A program made the position numbers and the translations under genes. This document shows positions 1 to 9,066 of a DNA stretch of 43,632 nt, piece after piece (the first letter of the stretch is position 1; every line of letters starts with the position of its first letter). The stretch is taken from NCBI GenBank assembly GCA_028285365.1, contig JANQPS010001277.1, positions 1 through 43,632 of the forward strand, read 5' to 3'. A model generated the notes under the pieces. That model did no database searches. It worked only from the letters and a program-made list of their open reading frames with translations, and was not told where the DNA came from. Source of the DNA: Thermoanaerobaculia bacterium (lineage in GTDB: Bacteria; Acidobacteriota; Thermoanaerobaculia; Multivoradales; Multivoraceae).

Positions 1-1
1 C

Positions 2-3000
2 ATGCTCAGTTCTCTTTCTCGTGTCTTTCCCGAAGGAGCCGTCGTCGCCGTGCTGGCTGGACTGTCCATCCTTCTCACGCCTCTCTCTCACGCAGCAGAG
101 CCTGCGAGCGACCTCTCGACTACCGCTGGTGGCCAGAGCGTCATCTTCAGCAGCAGCTTCGAGACCGGCAACACCAATGCCTGGGCACTCGTCATTGGCG
201 ATCCCAGACCGATGCTCGACCCCATCGGAAACCTGGCCGTGGATCTCGGCACCATTCTCTCCATCACATTGACGGCCAGTGACCCCACGGACGACCCGCT
301 CAGCTTCTCCGTCTCCCCGCTGCCCCTCCCGACCGGAGCCACGCTCGACAGCGCGAGTGGCGCCTTCACCTTCCAGCCCGGAGCGGCCCAGGTCGGACAG
401 CACGTCCTGACCTTCACCGTCTCCGACGGTCAGTTCACCGACTCGGAGACCGTCATCCTGACCGTCAACGGCCCCCCAAAAGGCGGCCAGACCGGACTCA
501 CCGGTCGCGTGCTCGACGCCAACGATGCCGCCGTCGGCACCATGACACCCATCGTCGGGGTCACCGTCTCGCTGCTCGGCACCGGTTTCTCCACCACGAC
601 CGACGCCAGCGGCAACTTCACCCTCGTGGGCACTCCCTCAGGCGACCGAGTGCTCGACCTCGACACCGCGACCGCGGCACCCGCACCTGACGGCTCCCCT
701 TATGCCGGTTTTCGCGAGAACTACTTCCTGATCGACGGCGTCACCAACGTCGTCGAACGGCCGCTCTTCTTGCCACGCCTCGACATGGGCAGCGAAACCC
801 AGGTCGACCCGGAGCAGACCACCATCGTCGACAACCCGGAGCTGGGAGCCACGCTCACCCTCGTACCCCACTCGGCCAAGAACCCCGACGGATCGGACTT
901 CGACGGCGTCATCACCATCTCCGAGGTGCCACGCGAGTTTGCGCCGGCGGAGCTTCCCTCCGAGCTCGACCCGGGTCTCTTGATCACCATCCAACCGGTC
1001 GGAGTCACCTTCGATCCGCCTGCACCACTGACGTTTCCAGACGTCGACGGTTTGCCGCCGGGAGCCCTCGTCGACCTGTGGTCTCTCGATCCCGATCGCG
1101 GAGTCTTCGTGGTCGTTGGCACCGGCGAAGCCCAGGGCGACGGAACCATCCAGACCATCGGTGGTGGCGTCCGAGCCGCCGACTGGCACACCGTCCTTCC
1201 ACAACCACCCAGAGTCAAATCCAGTGACGACGAGGACCCCGAGTGCGACGGGTGCTGTGACCCTGCCTCCTGCTCCTCCGGGTCCTCGGTGGTGCTCCGC
1301 ACCGGAGAGCTCACGGAAGAGGTGACGCTGCCTGCCTATCGGTCACAGGGCCAGGAGCGCGCGGCGAGCCTGCGCTACAGCTCGCTGCGCGCCCACCCGA
1401 CCAAGCTCATGCCGCTCGACGTGACGGTGCCCGCTGCCGGACCGGTGCCTCCACTGATGTCGTACCGCGTGCGCGTCGGAGGAGTCGAACAGGATGAGCC
1501 CGTGTTCGTCGACACCAGTGTGCTCGATCAGGGTGGTGCCTCGGGCCCGATCGTGATCGGTGATCCGGAGTATCGAATCTCGGCCTTCTACGACGCGTCG
1601 GACCTTCCGACCGGCGTCTATCCGATCTCGGTGAGGACCACCAGCCACTTCCCCAACTCGAACGTCTCGACCGATCCCGAAGACGAGATCGTCCTGGTCA
1701 ACGACCGGGGTAGTGCTTTCGGGGCCGGTTGGGGAATGCAGGGCTTGCAGCGCATCTACGAGCAGGACGACGGCACCCTCCTGCTCGTCGACGGCGACGG
1801 CATCGCTCGACGCTTCTCGGTGAGCTTCGCTCCCGATCTGACAGGTTGGATGGAAGAGCTCAACTACCCGGACGGCAGCTTTCGGGCGGCGGAGTGGGTG
1901 GTGGCTCCCGACGGCCTCTCGGTGACCCAGATCGAGTTCAACGCCTTTGGTCTCTCGACCTTCATCTCACCCTTCGACTTCTATGGCGAAGCCCTTTTTC
2001 GTATCCGAGTGAACACCGACTTCGACGACGACATCATCGGCCTCGTCCTGGGCTATCAGCGTCCGGTGCTCAGCGCCGGCGATCCAGAGAACGACATGGG
2101 CTTCATCCTGTTCGACTGGAAGCAGACCTCGCAGGACCTCTTCTGCGGAACTCGACCTGAAGGCACTCGTCTTCTCCAGATCCTCGGTGACATTCCTTCC
2201 GGCGACGCCACCTGCGTCTTCACCGCTCACCCGCCACCACCAGGTCAAGCTCGCGTCCTGGGAACCGACTTCGGAGACGGCCGCGGCTGGCAGGACGAGA
2301 CCGAGCACGAAATCCGAGTCGTCTACGAACGCAACCGCATCCAGATCGACGTCGACGGTGAGCCGGTCTACGACGTCTCCGGCATCTTCCCCGAAGGCAG
2401 GATCGGCTTCTACAACCACTCCCAGCTAGACGTCACCTACTCGGTCTCCTACCCCACCAACATCACTGTACTAGAGGGCCCACCCGGAGACGTGACGACA
2501 ATCACACGCAACCCGGACGCAACCTTCACGCGTGCCTTTCCTGACGGCACGACGATCGACTTCGATGCCGCTGGCCTCATGACGACGCTCACCGACCGCA
2601 ACGGCAACGCGACCAACTATGGCTATGACATCAGCGGCAGGCTGACGACGATCACCGATCCGATAGGGCTCGAGACCACACTGAACTACGCCGGCGGAAC
2701 GCTCGACACCATCACCGACCCGGCCGGTCGTGTTACCGAGTTCATCCACGACGGCAACGGAAACCTGGTCGACATCTCCTACCCCGACGGCACCACCCGC
2801 TCCTTCGACTACGACCACGAGCACCGACTGATCTCGCAAGTCGACCAGCGCGGACTGGAGACCAACTACGAGTTCGACTTCTTGGGCCGCCTCGAACGTT
2901 CCCTCCTGCCCGACGGCGCCGAGCGCTCGACGAGGAACGTGCAGGGAGTCGGAGTCGTCGACACGAGTGGAGGACTCGGCAGCGAGGGCAACCCGGCACC

Positions 3001-5470
3001 GGTGATTTTTCCCGAGTCGGCGATCTCGACGTTTACGGACGGCGAGGGACGAACGGTCTCGATGGCCGGCGACCGGTTCGGTCAGGCCGCCGAGACCACG
3101 GACTCCGCGGGCTTGGTGACGATCCGAGAGTTCGCTCCCGAAGGGCCACGCACCCGCGAAGAGCTACCCAGTGGGCACGTCCGAACGGCGACCTACGACG
3201 AGCTCGGCAATCGACTCTCAGTAACCGACGAGGAAATCGCCGGCACGTTTACCTTTACCTACGAGCAGAGCCTTCAACAGCTCGAGACGTTTACCGATCC
3301 GTTCGGGAACACAACGACAATGACCCACGACCCGAGCGGCAACCCCACGTCGATCACCACGCAGGAAAGCCGCCTCGACACCTTCACCTACACCCCCGAA
3401 GGTCAGCTGGACACCTGGGTCGACCGCCTCGGCACGACCACCGACATCACCTACGACACCGAAGGCCTGATCGAGCAGGTCGATCGCGGCACCGGACCAA
3501 CACTGCGAACGACGAACTTCACGCGGACAGTCGAAGGTTACCTCGACACCTTCGCCGACCCGGAAGGCCGGATCTACGACCTCGACTACGACGCCTTCGG
3601 ACGACCGCTCAGTCTCACGCACCCAGACGGAGAAGCCGTCACAGCCACACGGGATCAGGAGGGGCGTCTGGACTCCATCACCCCTCCCGGGAAGCCCACG
3701 CACTTCATGAGCTACAGCAACAGTGGCCGCCTTGCCGGCTACCACCCGCCTCCGATCGGCGGCACTGTGGACACGACCTATACCTTCGATCTCGCCCAGC
3801 AGCTGACACAGATCGATCGCCCGGACGGCCGCAGCGTGGAGTTCACCTATGACACGGCAGGACGGCTCTCGTCGACCGAGATCGAGCGCGGCACCACGAC
3901 GTACACCTACGGACCATCGAGCGGCCTGATCACGTCGATCGAGGCTCCAGGCAGCGAAACCCTGGCGTTCGCATACCAGGGAGAGCGAGCCGTCGGCCAG
4001 ACGTGGTCCGGCAGTGTCGCCGCCAGCTACGAGCGTACTTTCGACGCGGCCGGCAGGATCGCCACCGAGTCCGTCAACGGCTCCAACTCAATCACTTTTG
4101 CCTACGACGGTGACAGTCTCCTCACCACCTCCGGACCGCTCACGATCACACGCGACACCTCCTCTGGTTTGATCACCGCTTCGTCGTTGGGCCAGGTAAC
4201 AGACACCTGGACCTACAACGAGTTTGGCGAGCTGGTCGGCTATCAGGCTTCGCATAGTGGTACGCCGTTCTTCGAGTACACGCTGACACTCGACATGCTG
4301 GGGCGCATCATCGCGGAGAGCGAGACGATCGGCGGTGTCAGCACCGACTACGACTACGACTACGACCTCCGTGGACGCCTCGAGCAGGTCGACCAGAACT
4401 CGGCGCTGAGCGCGGCCTATACCTACGACGACAACAGCAACCGACTCACTCGCAGTGATGGTGCGCAAACCGAGACCGGCACCTACGACGATCAAGATCG
4501 CGCCACGACCTACAACGGCGCCACCTACGCCTACCGTCAGAGCGGCGAGCTCCTGAGCAAGACCGACAGTGGCGGCACGACGACCTACGACTACGACGAG
4601 AACGGCAACCTGCTGTCCGTCGCGCGACCTGACGGCGTCGTCGTGTCTTACGTGATCGACGGCCTGGATCGCCGAATCGGCAAGGCGATCGACGGGACAC
4701 TGGTCCAGGGGTTCGTCTACAGGGACGTTCTACATCCGGTAGCCGAGCTCGACGGCTCCGGGGCAGTTGTTTCTCGCTTCATCTATGGGACGCGAGCGCA
4801 CGTACCGGACGTCATGCAGCGAGGCGGAGTGACCTATCGCTTGGTGAGCGACCAGATCGGCAGCGTGCGACTCGTCGTCGACACGACCAGCGGCGCCGTC
4901 GCCCAGCGCCTCGACTATGACGAGTTCGGCAGGGTGTTGTCAGACACGAACCCAGGATTCCAGCCGTTCGGCTTCGCTGGCGGCCTATACGACTCCGATA
5001 CAGGACTCGTTCACTTCGATGCCCGAGACTACGACCCCAACGTAGGACGCTGGACCGCAAAAGACCCGATCGGGTTCGCCGGCGGCTCGCCGAACCTTTA
5101 CGAATACGTGTCCTCTGATCCGTTGAGGCAGTTCGACCCGACTGGGCTCCAACCTTCAGAACACCACCAAGCCCTCCAGAGAATCATCGACAACTTCCAT
5201 GAGGAGCTGACCAAGAACGGCCTGGGCCCCGCACCACCGGCGGCGGGAGCACCGATCGGGGGCTTCGGGGGTTCCATGTTGACCGGCAACATGACCGACG
5301 AGCAAATCACAGAGTTGATTCAACTCCACGAAGAGTTCGTGCGTGAGATGCAGAGCAAGGCGAAGTTCGACAGCATGGAGCAAGTACTCGACGAAGCCCT
5401 CGAGATCATTCCGAAACCCGGAGAGCAGACGGACTTCGGGCGACCTGTGGGAGGTAAAATCTGTATCTAG
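2..5470 (+). CDS. Secreted RHS/YD-repeat protein with adhesin-like N-terminal domains and a short divergent C-terminal tail
   Basis: 1822-aa ORF from ATG 2 with a signal-peptide-like N-terminus (AVLAGLSILLTPLSHAAEP). Ig/cadherin-like segment (SITLTASDPTDDPLSFSV...LTFTVSDG). CarboxypepD_reg-like segment (GRVLDANDAAV...DASGNFTL). Thrombospondin-C/LamG-like segment (DFDDDIIGLVLGYQ..GFILFDWKQ..GRIGFYNHSQ). Many YD repeats (YDxxGRL / DxxGN). RHS core end motif DPIGFAGGSPNLYEYVSSDPLRQFDPTGL ends at nt 5149, followed by a 106-aa tail. Confidence 0.9.
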   Translation: MLSSLSRVFPEGAVVAVLAGLSILLTPLSHAAEPASDLSTTAGGQSVIFSSSFETGNTNAWALVIGDPRPMLDPIGNLAVDLGTILSITLTASDPTDDPLSFSVSPLPLPTGATLDSASGAFTFQPGAAQVGQHVLTFTVSDGQFTDSETVILTVNGPPKGGQTGLTGRVLDANDAAVGTMTPIVGVTVSLLGTGFSTTTDASGNFTLVGTPSGDRVLDLDTATAAPAPDGSPYAGFRENYFLIDGVTNVVERPLFLPRLDMGSETQVDPEQTTIVDNPELGATLTLVPHSAKNPDGSDFDGVITISEVPREFAPAELPSELDPGLLITIQPVGVTFDPPAPLTFPDVDGLPPGALVDLWSLDPDRGVFVVVGTGEAQGDGTIQTIGGGVRAADWHTVLPQPPRVKSSDDEDPECDGCCDPASCSSGSSVVLRTGELTEEVTLPAYRSQGQERAASLRYSSLRAHPTKLMPLDVTVPAAGPVPPLMSYRVRVGGVEQDEPVFVDTSVLDQGGASGPIVIGDPEYRISAFYDASDLPTGVYPISVRTTSHFPNSNVSTDPEDEIVLVNDRGSAFGAGWGMQGLQRIYEQDDGTLLLVDGDGIARRFSVSFAPDLTGWMEELNYPDGSFRAAEWVVAPDGLSVTQIEFNAFGLSTFISPFDFYGEALFRIRVNTDFDDDIIGLVLGYQRPVLSAGDPENDMGFILFDWKQTSQDLFCGTRPEGTRLLQILGDIPSGDATCVFTAHPPPPGQARVLGTDFGDGRGWQDETEHEIRVVYERNRIQIDVDGEPVYDVSGIFPEGRIGFYNHSQLDVTYSVSYPTNITVLEGPPGDVTTITRNPDATFTRAFPDGTTIDFDAAGLMTTLTDRNGNATNYGYDISGRLTTITDPIGLETTLNYAGGTLDTITDPAGRVTEFIHDGNGNLVDISYPDGTTRSFDYDHEHRLISQVDQRGLETNYEFDFLGRLERSLLPDGAERSTRNVQGVGVVDTSGGLGSEGNPAPVIFPESAISTFTDGEGRTVSMAGDRFGQAAETTDSAGLVTIREFAPEGPRTREELPSGHVRTATYDELGNRLSVTDEEIAGTFTFTYEQSLQQLETFTDPFGNTTTMTHDPSGNPTSITTQESRLDTFTYTPEGQLDTWVDRLGTTTDITYDTEGLIEQVDRGTGPTLRTTNFTRTVEGYLDTFADPEGRIYDLDYDAFGRPLSLTHPDGEAVTATRDQEGRLDSITPPGKPTHFMSYSNSGRLAGYHPPPIGGTVDTTYTFDLAQQLTQIDRPDGRSVEFTYDTAGRLSSTEIERGTTTYTYGPSSGLITSIEAPGSETLAFAYQGERAVGQTWSGSVAASYERTFDAAGRIATESVNGSNSITFAYDGDSLLTTSGPLTITRDTSSGLITASSLGQVTDTWTYNEFGELVGYQASHSGTPFFEYTLTLDMLGRIIAESETIGGVSTDYDYDYDLRGRLEQVDQNSALSAAYTYDDNSNRLTRSDGAQTETGTYDDQDRATTYNGATYAYRQSGELLSKTDSGGTTTYDYDENGNLLSVARPDGVVVSYVIDGLDRRIGKAIDGTLVQGFVYRDVLHPVAELDGSGAVVSRFIYGTRAHVPDVMQRGGVTYRLVSDQIGSVRLVVDTTSGAVAQRLDYDEFGRVLSDTNPGFQPFGFAGGLYDSDTGLVHFDARDYDPNVGRWTAKDPIGFAGGSPNLYEYVSSDPLRQFDPTGLQPSEHHQALQRIIDNFHEELTKNGLGPAPPAAGAPIGGFGGSMLTGNMTDEQITELIQLHEEFVREMQSKAKFDSMEQVLDEALEIIPKPGEQTDFGRPVGGKICI

Positions 5471-5744
5471 ACCAGCCCTCCCAATGTCTCTCTACAGTCC
5501 CGCCCGCGATGCACTTCGCCTGCCGTCGTTCCGCCTCCTCCAACAATGGCACCGCATTGCCTGCGTCGGCGAGCCCTTCGGCAGACTCAGGACAGGCCTT
5601 GGCACGCGAAGACCTCCCGAGAAGTCTTTGTAGCGGGATTTCGGAAACGCTGGTCTAGTCGTTTGGAGCTCGCGTGCCCGAGTTCCCCCAGCAGCTGGTT
5701 CAGGGCCGCAGATCGCCGATACTGGTCCACACGAGCAGCCCAGG

Positions 5745-8231
5745 ATGACGACTTCATTCGAACCCATCGATCCGACGACCTGGACCCGCGTCAAAGAGAT
5801 TTGCGCGGACGCCATGGAGCTCGAGGGCGCCGAGCGGGAGGCGTTCGTCGAGGAACGTTGCACCGACGACCCCAGGATCGAGAGCGAAGTCCGTCGCCTC
5901 CTCGCGGCTCACGAGCGCATCGAGCCGGACTTCCTGGAGCCACCGTCGGGTGGCCCGCTCGCACTTGCGCTGCCTTTCGAGGTCGGGCGCCGGATCGGAC
6001 CCTGGAGGCTCGTAGACGAGCTGGGCACAGGCGGCATGGGAGTCGTCTATCTCGCTGAGCGACTGGATGCGGACTTCGAGCAGCGCTCGGCACTCAAGGT
6101 GATGCGTCTGCCCACGGCGGACGCCGCTCTCACGGGGAGCTTCCATCGCGAGCGTCAGGTCCTCGCCGGGCTGGAGCACCCCAACATCGCCCACCTGCTC
6201 GATGGCGGAAACACGGAAGAAGGCCTCCCCTACTTCGCCATGGAGTTCGTGGAGGGGCTGCCCATCGATCGGTTCTGTGACGAACACGAGCTCTCGACAG
6301 ACGACCGCCTGGCCCTCTTTCTCGAAGTCTGCTCGGCAGTGAGTCACGCCCATCGCAATCTGGTCGTGCACCGCGACCTCAAGCCATCGAACATTCTGGT
6401 GACGTCCAACGGGGCACCCAAACTGCTCGACTTCGGGATCGCCAAGCTCCTGGCGGAGGGCCCTGGTGACGCAGCGGTCACGCAGTTTCAGGCCTTGACA
6501 CCCGACTACGCCAGTCCCGAGCAGCTTCGAGGCGAAGCCATCACGACCGCCAGCGATGTGTACTCACTGGGGGCCCTTCTGTACCGCCTGCTCACTGGCC
6601 AGAAGCCCTTCACCTCTAGCACGAAGACGCTCGCAGAGCTGTCAGAAGAGCGCGGCCAGTCCCCACGATCGCCCAGCGCCGTCGCCAGTGAAGCTGCCGC
6701 CCGCGAGCTACGAGGGGATCTCGACAGCATCGTGATGAAGGCCCTTCGCCCGGAGGCCGACCAGCGTTACGGTTCGGTCGAGGCCCTTGCCGAAGACCTG
6801 TCCAGGTACCGCGACGGCCTGGCAGTCGGAGCCCGGCAGGGTACCTTCTTCTACCTGTTCGGGAAGCTCCTGCGACGTCACAAGGTCCAAGTTGCCGCAG
6901 CAGCCCTGGTGGCTCTTTCTCTCGTCGGCGCCACCGTGGCTTCCACCCGCGCCGCGCAGATCGCGCGAGCCGAGCGAGCAACGGCCCAGACCGAGCGCGC
7001 CAAGGCCGAGCGCATCAGCGCTTTCCTCCAGGGGATGATCTCGTCACCCGATGCGAGCTGGCTCTCCGAAGGCGGCTCCGGACGCGACGTCACCGTGGTC
7101 CAGGTCCTCGAGCAGGCCGAGCAGAGCCACGATGCCGCGACCGAGGCTCAGCCCGCCGAGGAGGCACTGATTCGTCGGACGCTGGGGATCACGTATCGCA
7201 GCCTGGGCCTCTACGACGCCTCAGAGCGTCTCCTGCGTGAGGCGGTCCGCCTCGACGAACAGTGGTCCGGAGCTGAGGGTTTCGATCTAGGGCTCAGTCT
7301 CGCGCACCTGGCGGTGACTCTCTTTCGCAACGGGGACTACGAGGGGGCGACCCGGCTCGGTCGACGAGTGGTCGACATCTTCCGCAGCCAGCCCATCAGG
7401 CCCGGAGCTGACAAACCGGGTATCGAGCTGAGCGGCAACGTCCAGAATCTAGGGCTCTTCTTGCTCTTTCAAGGCCAGCTAGAGGAGGCCGAGGTCTACT
7501 TGGACGAGGCCCTGACTCTCAGCCGCGAGCACTTCGGAGACACCCACCCAATCGTGGCGATCACCTTGACCAGCCTGGGCAACGTCCGCATCTGGCAGGG
7601 GGATCTGGACGGTGCGGAGACGTTCTACCGCAGCGCACTCGACACCTTCTCCGCCCTTCCCAACACCTCCTGGGAGCCGGCGTTGACCTGGGCTGACATC
7701 GGCAGACTCGAAGTCCTTCGCGGCAATCACGACAAGGCGGACGAGTACCTCGGCCAGGCCATGGAGATCGTGACTGGAAAACTCGGTGAAGAGCATCCCC
7801 AGGCCGCCCTCATCCAAATCGTCGTCGCCCGTCTGAGGCATCGCCAGGGTCGCCTGCCGGAGGCGGAACAAGAGGCACGCTCGGCGTTCGAGATCCTAGA
7901 GCACTCGCTGGGGAAGAACCATCCGCACACCGCAACTGCTCAGACGACGCTCGGCTCCATCCTGACGACCGCAGGCAGACCCGCAGAAGCCGAGGACCTG
8001 CTGCGTCGCGCCTTGGAGAAGCACCGCAACGCCCAGGTCGAGCACCGAACAGCCCAGGCGGCCGTTGTGCTCGGCGAGTGCCTCGCTGCCTTAGGACAAC
8101 GAGCAGAAGCCGCTCAGCTGATCGCGGAAGGAGTGGCCGGGTTGGAGGCCACTCTCGGCGCTGAGCATGTCCTGACCCGCGAAGCCAAGGCGCAGCTTCG
8201 GCTCGTCCCGGAAGCCGCCGGCCTCGACTAG
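5745..8231 (+). CDS. Ser/Thr protein kinase with one TM helix and a C-terminal TPR array
   Basis: 828 aa. Hanks motifs: GTGGMGVVYLA, ALKVM (catalytic Lys), HRDLKPSNILV, DFGIAKL, ASPEQ. TM segment VAAAALVALSLVGATVA. The C-terminal half has repeated TPR-like helices (e.g. EEAEVYLDEALTL, DGAETFYRSALDT). Confidence 0.92.
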   Translation: MTTSFEPIDPTTWTRVKEICADAMELEGAEREAFVEERCTDDPRIESEVRRLLAAHERIEPDFLEPPSGGPLALALPFEVGRRIGPWRLVDELGTGGMGVVYLAERLDADFEQRSALKVMRLPTADAALTGSFHRERQVLAGLEHPNIAHLLDGGNTEEGLPYFAMEFVEGLPIDRFCDEHELSTDDRLALFLEVCSAVSHAHRNLVVHRDLKPSNILVTSNGAPKLLDFGIAKLLAEGPGDAAVTQFQALTPDYASPEQLRGEAITTASDVYSLGALLYRLLTGQKPFTSSTKTLAELSEERGQSPRSPSAVASEAAARELRGDLDSIVMKALRPEADQRYGSVEALAEDLSRYRDGLAVGARQGTFFYLFGKLLRRHKVQVAAAALVALSLVGATVASTRAAQIARAERATAQTERAKAERISAFLQGMISSPDASWLSEGGSGRDVTVVQVLEQAEQSHDAATEAQPAEEALIRRTLGITYRSLGLYDASERLLREAVRLDEQWSGAEGFDLGLSLAHLAVTLFRNGDYEGATRLGRRVVDIFRSQPIRPGADKPGIELSGNVQNLGLFLLFQGQLEEAEVYLDEALTLSREHFGDTHPIVAITLTSLGNVRIWQGDLDGAETFYRSALDTFSALPNTSWEPALTWADIGRLEVLRGNHDKADEYLGQAMEIVTGKLGEEHPQAALIQIVVARLRHRQGRLPEAEQEARSAFEILEHSLGKNHPHTATAQTTLGSILTTAGRPAEAEDLLRRALEKHRNAQVEHRTAQAAVVLGECLAALGQRAEAAQLIAEGVAGLEATLGAEHVLTREAKAQLRLVPEAAGLD

Positions 8232-8300
8232 CTCTGCCAATCCGCAAATCACCCACCGCAGCGAAGCCGTTGGCTCCCCGCGGGGCTATACTCGCGACGT

Positions 8301-8882
8301 ATGAGCAGCCCGCCCGTGGCCCCGCCGGAGGACATCACTCGACTCCTGGCCCAGTGGAGCGACGGAGATGCGGAGTCACTCGATCGCGTGCTGGTCCTGG
8401 TCTACAGTGAGCTGCAGCGCATGGCCGCAGCCGCGATGCGCGGCGAGCGCCGAGACCACACGCTCGAGCCCACCGCACTCGTCCACGAGGCGTTCATGCG
8501 GCTGGCCAAGCTGCGCGAGATCCGCTGGGACGATCGGGCTCACTTCTTCGGCACCGCCGCTCGGGTCATGCGCCGTATCCTCGTCGATCACGCGCGCAGG
8601 CACCGCGCCGCAAAGCGCGGCTCTGGCGCCAAGGAACAGCTCGACGACGCCTTGATGCTGACCAACGATCAAGCGGGAGAGATCGAGCGCCTGGACGATG
8701 CCCTCAAGGACCTCGAACGACTCGATCCGCGTCAGAGCCGAGTCGTCGAGCTACGCTACTTCGGGGGGTTCAGCGTCTCCGAGACAGCGGAAGCGCTGGA
8801 CGTCTCGCCGATCACCGTCAAGCGAGACTGGGCCGTCGCAAGGGCCTGGCTCCAGGACTACATGCACCCCAGTGACGATTGA
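8301..8882 (+). CDS. ECF-type RNA polymerase sigma factor, TIGR02999 / ECF43-like (Ser/Thr-kinase-associated group)
   Basis: 193 aa. Family-typical N-terminus ITRLLAQWSDGDAESLDRVLVLVYSELQRMAAAAMRGERRDHTLEPTALVHEAFMRL. Region 4 HTH (VVELRYFGGFSVSETAEALDVSPITVKRDWAVARAWL). Lies 69 nt downstream of the kinase gene. Confidence 0.9.
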   Translation: MSSPPVAPPEDITRLLAQWSDGDAESLDRVLVLVYSELQRMAAAAMRGERRDHTLEPTALVHEAFMRLAKLREIRWDDRAHFFGTAARVMRRILVDHARRHRAAKRGSGAKEQLDDALMLTNDQAGEIERLDDALKDLERLDPRQSRVVELRYFGGFSVSETAEALDVSPITVKRDWAVARAWLQDYMHPSDD

Positions 8883-8968
8883 GGTCCTATCCTCGAGCCC
8901 GGGGGTGCCCCACACGTACAACGGGCAGGTGCGTCGCTCGACGCTGGGAGCTCGCGGAGAGGGGCACC

Positions 8969-9058
8969 GTAACTTGAAGCCAGTAACTTGAAGCCAGTAA
9001 CTTGAAGCCAGTGACTTGAAGCCAGTGACTTGAAGCCAGTGACTTGAAGCCAGTGACT
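8969..9058. repeat. 14-bp tandem repeat, 6.4 copies (3x GTAACTTGAAGCCA, then 3x GTGACTTGAAGCCA plus a partial unit), with two further degenerate units running into the next CDS start
   Basis: Read directly. Perfect units at 8969-8982, 8983-8996, 8997-9010 (GTAACT type) and 9011-9024, 9025-9038, 9039-9052 (GTGACT type). Degenerate units GTGACTCGACAAGC (9053-9066) and GTGACTAAGGAACA (9067-9080); the latter contains the GTG start of the ankyrin ORF. Confidence 0.97.
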
Positions 9059-9066
9059 CGACAAGC

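Noticed and set aside
5546-6058. 170-aa plus-strand ORF as a candidate RHS immunity gene
   Set aside because: It is Arg-rich and non-protein-like, and it overlaps the well-supported kinase CDS in another frame.
8969-9058. Possible CRISPR arrays at the tandem repeats here and at 15941-16005 and 39605-39689
   Set aside because: Units are 14-16 bp and directly abutting with no spacers, and there are no cas genes. These are simple tandem repeats, not CRISPR.
8969-9058. Sigma-54 (TGGCAC-N5-TTGC) promoter reading of the minus strand of the 14-bp array (TGGCTTCAAGTYAC)
   Set aside because: TGGC is present, but the -12 element at the required spacing reads TACT/CACT rather than TTGC. No match.
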